Below are positions 59,024-64,000 of a stretch of 64,000 bases of DNA, piece by piece (within the stretch, counting starts at the first letter, position 1; each line of letters begins with the position of its first letter). Location: NCBI GenBank assembly GCA_051362555.1, contig CM120644.1:7262954-7326953 (forward strand), given 5' to 3'. The position numbers and the translations under genes are program-made. This stretch comes from Lingula anatina (Eukaryota; Animalia; Brachiopoda). The notes under the pieces are model-generated. The model did not search any database and had not been told where the DNA came from. It saw only the letters and a list, made by a program, of their open reading frames with translations.

Positions 59024-59881
59024 ATGGAAGAAGTTAGCTCACTTGGCACAAACCATCGTAGACAAATAGAGATCATCAAAGATACCGACTATGCCGCAGA
59101 CGAAGTCGAACAGAGCAATGGCCAAGAGAAATGTGCCCGTATCATGAGCCTTTTGTATCGTATCTCCGAAATAGGCACGAGCATCGCTCATCTTGACGAA
59201 GCCGTAGCTGCGATCAAACTACTTCACGGCGAAATAGAAGAAAGCGCATTTGGTGTTGGGGAGCTGAGAGCCAAACTTTTTGACAGCAATGCAGATATAT
59301 TGGCTATTGCCAGGTTTGTAATGAACAGTTTGTACCAGGTAGAAAGCTCTGGGTTCGACCAGCAGAGGGAACTGCCGAGCCACGCAGTAGAGCAGCGCAT
59401 ATTTACGGCCCAAGTTCAGGCAGTGCGTCGCCATCTTCACGAAACGATCACTGATTTCTACCGATCATACGAGACCCACGAGTTTAACTACAAAAAGCGC
59501 CTAGAACGTCAACTTGATATACAAGCCAGCAGCAGGCATCCATCCGACAAAATTCAAGATTTTCTCTTTGCAGAACCTGACAAAACTTTCACCAGCGAAA
59601 TTCGCACGGGCGTTGAGGGCGGCAACCCAGAGATGTATATCGAAGCAGTAAACAACCAACTGGCGGACATTGAACAACTCTTCAAAGACTCGCACAGACA
59701 CGCGGCTGGCGTAAGTGACATTTCAGAAATAATTGAGCGCCACGTCGCAGAGGCTGATATTGTCGTTTTTAAACCAGCTATAACATATAAGAAGAAAATC
59801 CATCCTTTGTTGAGTTGCGTGTTAGCGCCAGTTTTCGCCATCAAAAGAAGTCGAAGAAAGCCTTTGTATGCAACAAGATGA
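59024..59881 (+). CDS. Intronless divergent syntaxin-like protein (Qa-SNARE family, syntaxin-1/11-like), ~285 aa
   Basis: First ATG of the 58847-59881 ORF. RIFTAQVQAVRRHLHETITDFYRSY...KKRLERQLDI resembles the syntaxin Hc helix (RIRKTQ...KGRIQRQLEI). DKIQDFL...FTSEI matches the linker, followed by a heptad SNARE-like segment and a short hydrophobic tail. AATAAA at 60230. The true start could lie in an unseen upstream exon. Confidence 0.75.
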   Translation: MEEVSSLGTNHRRQIEIIKDTDYAADEVEQSNGQEKCARIMSLLYRISEIGTSIAHLDEAVAAIKLLHGEIEESAFGVGELRAKLFDSNADILAIARFVMNSLYQVESSGFDQQRELPSHAVEQRIFTAQVQAVRRHLHETITDFYRSYETHEFNYKKRLERQLDIQASSRHPSDKIQDFLFAEPDKTFTSEIRTGVEGGNPEMYIEAVNNQLADIEQLFKDSHRHAAGVSDISEIIERHVAEADIVVFKPAITYKKKIHPLLSCVLAPVFAIKRSRRKPLYATR

Positions 59882-60286
59882 AATTGTAAATTAGATATAT
59901 ATGTTAGTGACTGTTCGGTGCATGTACCTACCGTAGCAGAAAATTAAGCTGATTGAACAAAAAATACATATATGCCATAAACATTCAGTAAACAGTTACC
60001 TGGAATGAAAATCACACACTGTACCTCAATGAATAGTATCAATCATTAACTTCTGTAAGGAAGACCAGCGCGTTTAACGTCCCATGCACTTAGTATTTAA
60101 AGCTCAGATAACGTTTCGTTCGCAAGATTTGTATTCTGTCATTGTTACGCGATATAATCGTACAGTTAGCCACCATTATAGTCATGTCACCTAACATCAT
60201 TAAAGATGTACATATATTTTTGATAAAAAAATAAATTGTAGATTATTCAATAGCGTGGTCATTCTTTTGTTCGTTATCTTCTTCAT

Positions 60287-60290
<4 letters not shown>

Positions 60291-60321
<31 letters not shown>
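60291..60321. repeat. (TC)n microsatellite
   Basis: Directly visible. Confidence 0.9.
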
Positions 60322-60323
<2 letters not shown>

Positions 60324-61384
60324 TGGGTGGGTGGGGTGGGTAGCGCGTGGCGAAGGTATACCAGATATGTGTTTGTGTCACTCAATCAGCCGAAAGTGTC
60401 AAAGTTTCAGTCGTTTTTAGAACCCTGATTTAATTGTAATTTACATGGTGCATGTCCTGAACATAATTAAAGAGATGCTACACAAAGTACCGTAATAAAC
60501 CTTAAGTGGTGACTAATTATTTACTGAAATGCACTCAGAACTGTATTAATGATTTTTACAATAACAGGAAATACCCACGCTTTTCTGTCACCTTGATCGG
60601 TTAATGGCCCTCAAAACAACAACAAACGATTAACGAATTTAAGAAAATATAAAATATATATACGCCACAGAAGCCTATAAACTAATTTTGATCGCCGTTT
60701 TTTCGCATAATGGTAAACTAATATGGTATTATAACGTCCTTATCCGTTATATGCTAATTCCCTTTTACTCAAACATATATAGATTATTTATCGTCTGATA
60801 ACTCTCAACAAAAAACAAACTACCAAACTTTTTATAAATTGCAATGGATTGATATGCCTATACCTGAGTAAAGAGAGTCCAATACAACATGGTGCATTTC
60901 TCCATGAGCTTTTTCCATCTCCATCTCTTTTCCATCTTATACCGATGTGCTCATACATGTCCAATTGATGTTGATTACAAATTCATGTTGAACTTCATAT
61001 TTATCCCAGCTTTTATCCCAACAATAAAGAATTTTAATTTTAAAAAGTTTTTTTTTCTTCTCAATTGGATTTTTGGGAACTATCCATAAAGCTGCATTTT
61101 TCTTTGTAACTGCCCAATGTTCACCCGTTTCTGCATTAGCTGGAGAGGACAATGCTTTCTCTTCTCCGATACGTTTTATTGTGGTATTTATTGAGCAAAA
61201 CTCGTCTAAAATCGTCTATTTACTCATACGATGCACAAGACCAACTGAGCAGATATCAGCGCTGTGATATGATTGTTACTAGCGCGAGAAGAAGCAACAA
61301 CTAAATTGTCGTTTTGAAATCAAATTTTATTTCCATCTACCATTGCACAGTGCCCAATCGTGTTCATTTTCAACTTTAACACGT

Positions 61385-61453
61385 CTTTTTTTCCATATCA
61401 GTCACCAGGCTTGAAATTTCTTTTTTCCATATCAGTCACCAGGCTTGAAATTT
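61385..61453. repeat. ~35-bp tandem duplication
   Basis: CTTTTTTTCCATATCAGTCACCAGGCTTGAAATTT occurs twice. Confidence 0.85.
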
Positions 61454-62335
61454 CATCAAGTAATGACAGCAAATATTTCTATCGAATTAAAAAATTCAAA
61501 ACTTTTGAATTTTATCCAAGTATTTTAGAAATGTATGTACCTTTCTTGAACAAAGCATGTGGTTTTTAGTTCAAGGAATGATTCACTTGTTCAGATATAA
61601 AATAAATCTTTATATTACAAAAAGCGACCATGGAAAAGGAAAAACTGAGGCCGATTATAACTGCTCACATTCATTTGGGATTCTGAATCAACCTCATTAC
61701 ACAAGGCCTAAAAAAGAGATAATAAATCAAATGGTGACAGAAGAAAAACAATTCAGAGGTGACTGTTTATGAAAAATTTTTCCTCATTTTGTTTTTCAAA
61801 ATTACATGTTATGAATAATCACCACCTATTTCAGTTATGCACTACTAGTACTGTGTTACTATGGATATTCAGAAAATGTAAATAACACAGGGCTCCAGAC
61901 ACATGGGAGTTTAATGTCACTTCGAAACTGCCGATATGTGAAAAACGAAACTTTCACAAGAAAAAGAAAGACTGCTTTACTTCAAGAAAAAAATCCAATC
62001 TTGCTGATTCATAAACTCGAGCTATTAGTCCTGTGAATCATTCCTTCAAGTTTTAAAAACAATATAATGACAGTGTTAAAAGAGCAATGCACATCCAAAC
62101 TCACATCTGTAAAATGACATTTTGTGAAAAATGAAAAATTGACAATAAAAAAAGCAAGACTTCAAGAAAAGGAATATAACCCCCCAAAAAAACTTCAATG
62201 CATTCCTACTTAATTTATTGATGGTTTTCCACTTATGATGATTATGAGAAAAATACCCAGAAAGTGTACAGTGACACCAAAGGCAAAAAGGTGAGTACAG
62301 ATGCATTCACATAAAAACATAATAAGGGTCCAGAG

Positions 62336-62490
62336 AAACAGGAAATTCTGTCTAATCTGAAATCCGTTTATACTCCGTTTTATCACATTCTTATTAAAGG
62401 TAATATCTGTCCATAAAAACAGGAAAATCTGTCTCACCTGAAATACGTTAACTTTATACTCTGTTTTATCACGTTCTTATTAAAGGTAAT
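62336..62490. repeat. ~80-bp imperfect tandem duplication in the SNX13 3' region
   Basis: AAACAGGAAA.TCTGTCT...CTGAAAT.CGTT...TTTTATCAC.TTCTTATTAAAGGTAAT occurs twice. Confidence 0.8.
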
Positions 62491-63051
62491 TTTTACATCC
62501 TAGTACTCATAAATCTACACTGACCAATTGTTCTGGGAAATCCTCCCACTGTCTCCACTTCTGTGATATTTCTACCACTCTTTCAGACATATCCTCTTTG
62601 CTCATAGCAAACATCCAAATTTGTTTTGGATTTCTCTTGCTGCAGTTGTATCTAATTAATCTGTTTTCCATTATATTTCTAAGAAAAAAAAATCACCCCA
62701 CTTGAATTATTTCAGTTCTGATATATTAATAAAAAAATTTAAAGTAACAACTTTTGATCAGTAACAACTTTTGATCACCTATTCTCTCTAATCTACAAAC
62801 AGCTCAACCACTTTTTAAACATATCTTAAAAGTGTCAATTCATTGAGGAAATGGGCATCTGTTTGTAATGAAATGAATTCATTTTTTCTGCATTTTGCTT
62901 GAACTTTTAAATATTTGTCAGTTTTTTTAAGTAATTTGAATCACTGTCTTCCATTCATTGCACCATCTCCATTTCTGGCCTCCAAGTCAAGCCACGTCAG
63001 TGTAAGAGAAATTTTTACAAGAAAACATGAAGAACTCAGTTCTGTGAAAAA

Positions 63052-63362
63052 TCATTTCCCTTTCTTTTTTTTATTGGTCCTCTCTGCACTTTCTGATCTT
63101 GCCCTTTCTTTTTCTGAGCGCACCCTTTCTTCTTCTTCCATAACTAGTCGCTTTTCTTCCAATCTGCTGGCAGCACGTGGTGACTTGGAGTGTATTTTCA
63201 GGAAAATGTCACGAAATTTGTTGTCAGGGAACAAAGTTTCCATCATTCCTTCCATTATGACATAAAGCAGACGACGGTTCAGAGCTTTGTACTGAAACAT
63301 CTCAAACACGCGGAAAACCCCTTTTCTGGTGGTTTCACTGCCCACTAGGTGGCGTACTTCAT
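63052..63362 (-). CDS. SNX13: Last coding exon of sorting nexin-13 (Nexin_C region); gene continues beyond the window
   Basis: Acceptor TTTCAG| at 63362, phase 1. Translation DEVRHLVGSETTRKGVFRVFEMFQYKALNRRLLYVIMEGMMETLFPDNKFRDIFLKIHSKS matches the SNX13 C-terminus as I recall it (GAETTRKGILRVFEMFQ...LNRR..Y...EG..ETLFP). Confidence 0.9.
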
Positions 63363-63423
63363 CTGAAATAGTAACCGAGTTCTCAAGAGTGAAACTTCTG
63401 AGACATGACTTGATATTAATATA

Positions 63424-63710
63424 CAGGGTGGTCCATAAAAAGTGACCTACTTTACCTTAAAGGTTTCCAATTTCTGCAGAATTTGTAAGGATAAAATGGT
63501 CATCCTTATGGAACAGCTCGGTGAAAGAAAGTTGGAAATATCTTAATTATACCAAATTTGAGATGGAAAGTAAAATTTGTCAATTTAAAAAAAATTTACC
63601 ATGAAAGCTATAATATAAGTACATGTGGTTAAAAATTACGAGACTTGCAAATGTGGGGTGTTGCATTCCATGCATACATTCTTTCCCAAACCAGGACAAT
63701 GCACCATGTT
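63424..63710. mobile_element. Left end of a Tc1/mariner-like non-autonomous element
   Basis: TA|CAGGGTGGTCCATAAAAAGTGACC terminus is typical of this class. The matching right TIR is not seen in the window. Confidence 0.45.
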
Positions 63711-63877
63711 AAGGCCCGTAGCCAGGGGGGTTCGGGGGGTTCGAAAGAACCGCCCCTTTTGTCAGGAAAAGGTCCATTTTAGGTAAAATTTTATCTAGAT
63801 ACACATAAGTTTTATTGTAAAAGGTCCACTTTTTCAGAATAAGAACCCCCCTTTTGAATTTGCTGGCTACGGGCCTG
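63711..63877. mobile_element. Short MITE in an SNX13 intron
   Basis: TIR AGGCCCGTAGCCAG / CTGGCTACGGGCCT; ATGTT flanks both ends. Confidence 0.8.
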
Positions 63878-64000
63878 ATGTTCGCAAACATTGCTACATA
63901 GTAGGTTTATGGTCTGCTATGAAATGCATTTGTCGACAGTAGATAAGCTCTGATATAGCATAAGTAAAAAAGGAAAAATATAACACTCTATCTCATGAAA

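Noticed and set aside
62915-63265. Antisense ORFs over real exons (also 42704-43003, 45947-46327, 59554-59844)
   Set aside because: These are shadow frames of genuine coding exons on the opposite strand.

Overview
Eukaryotic, AT-rich, intron-rich animal DNA, probably a marine invertebrate and possibly a mollusc (inferred from repeat content only). About 1-26 kb has no recognisable protein-coding gene; it holds microsatellites, MITEs, motif-rich patches and a 4.6-kb non-autonomous DNA transposon with nested long inverted repeats. About 26-64 kb is gene-dense. It contains ALDH9A1 (minus, 9 coding exons, 515 aa) head-to-head with RETSAT copy 1 (plus, 12 exons, 624 aa) across a short shared promoter with a consensus DR1 nuclear-receptor element. 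A diverged RETSAT paralog (minus, 11 exons, 621 aa) lies tail-to-tail with copy 1. After it come an intronless, degenerate syntaxin-like gene (plus) and the last coding exon of SNX13 (minus). Exon boundaries were derived by hand from GT/AG sites and frame continuity. Family assignments rest on remembered motifs, not database searches.
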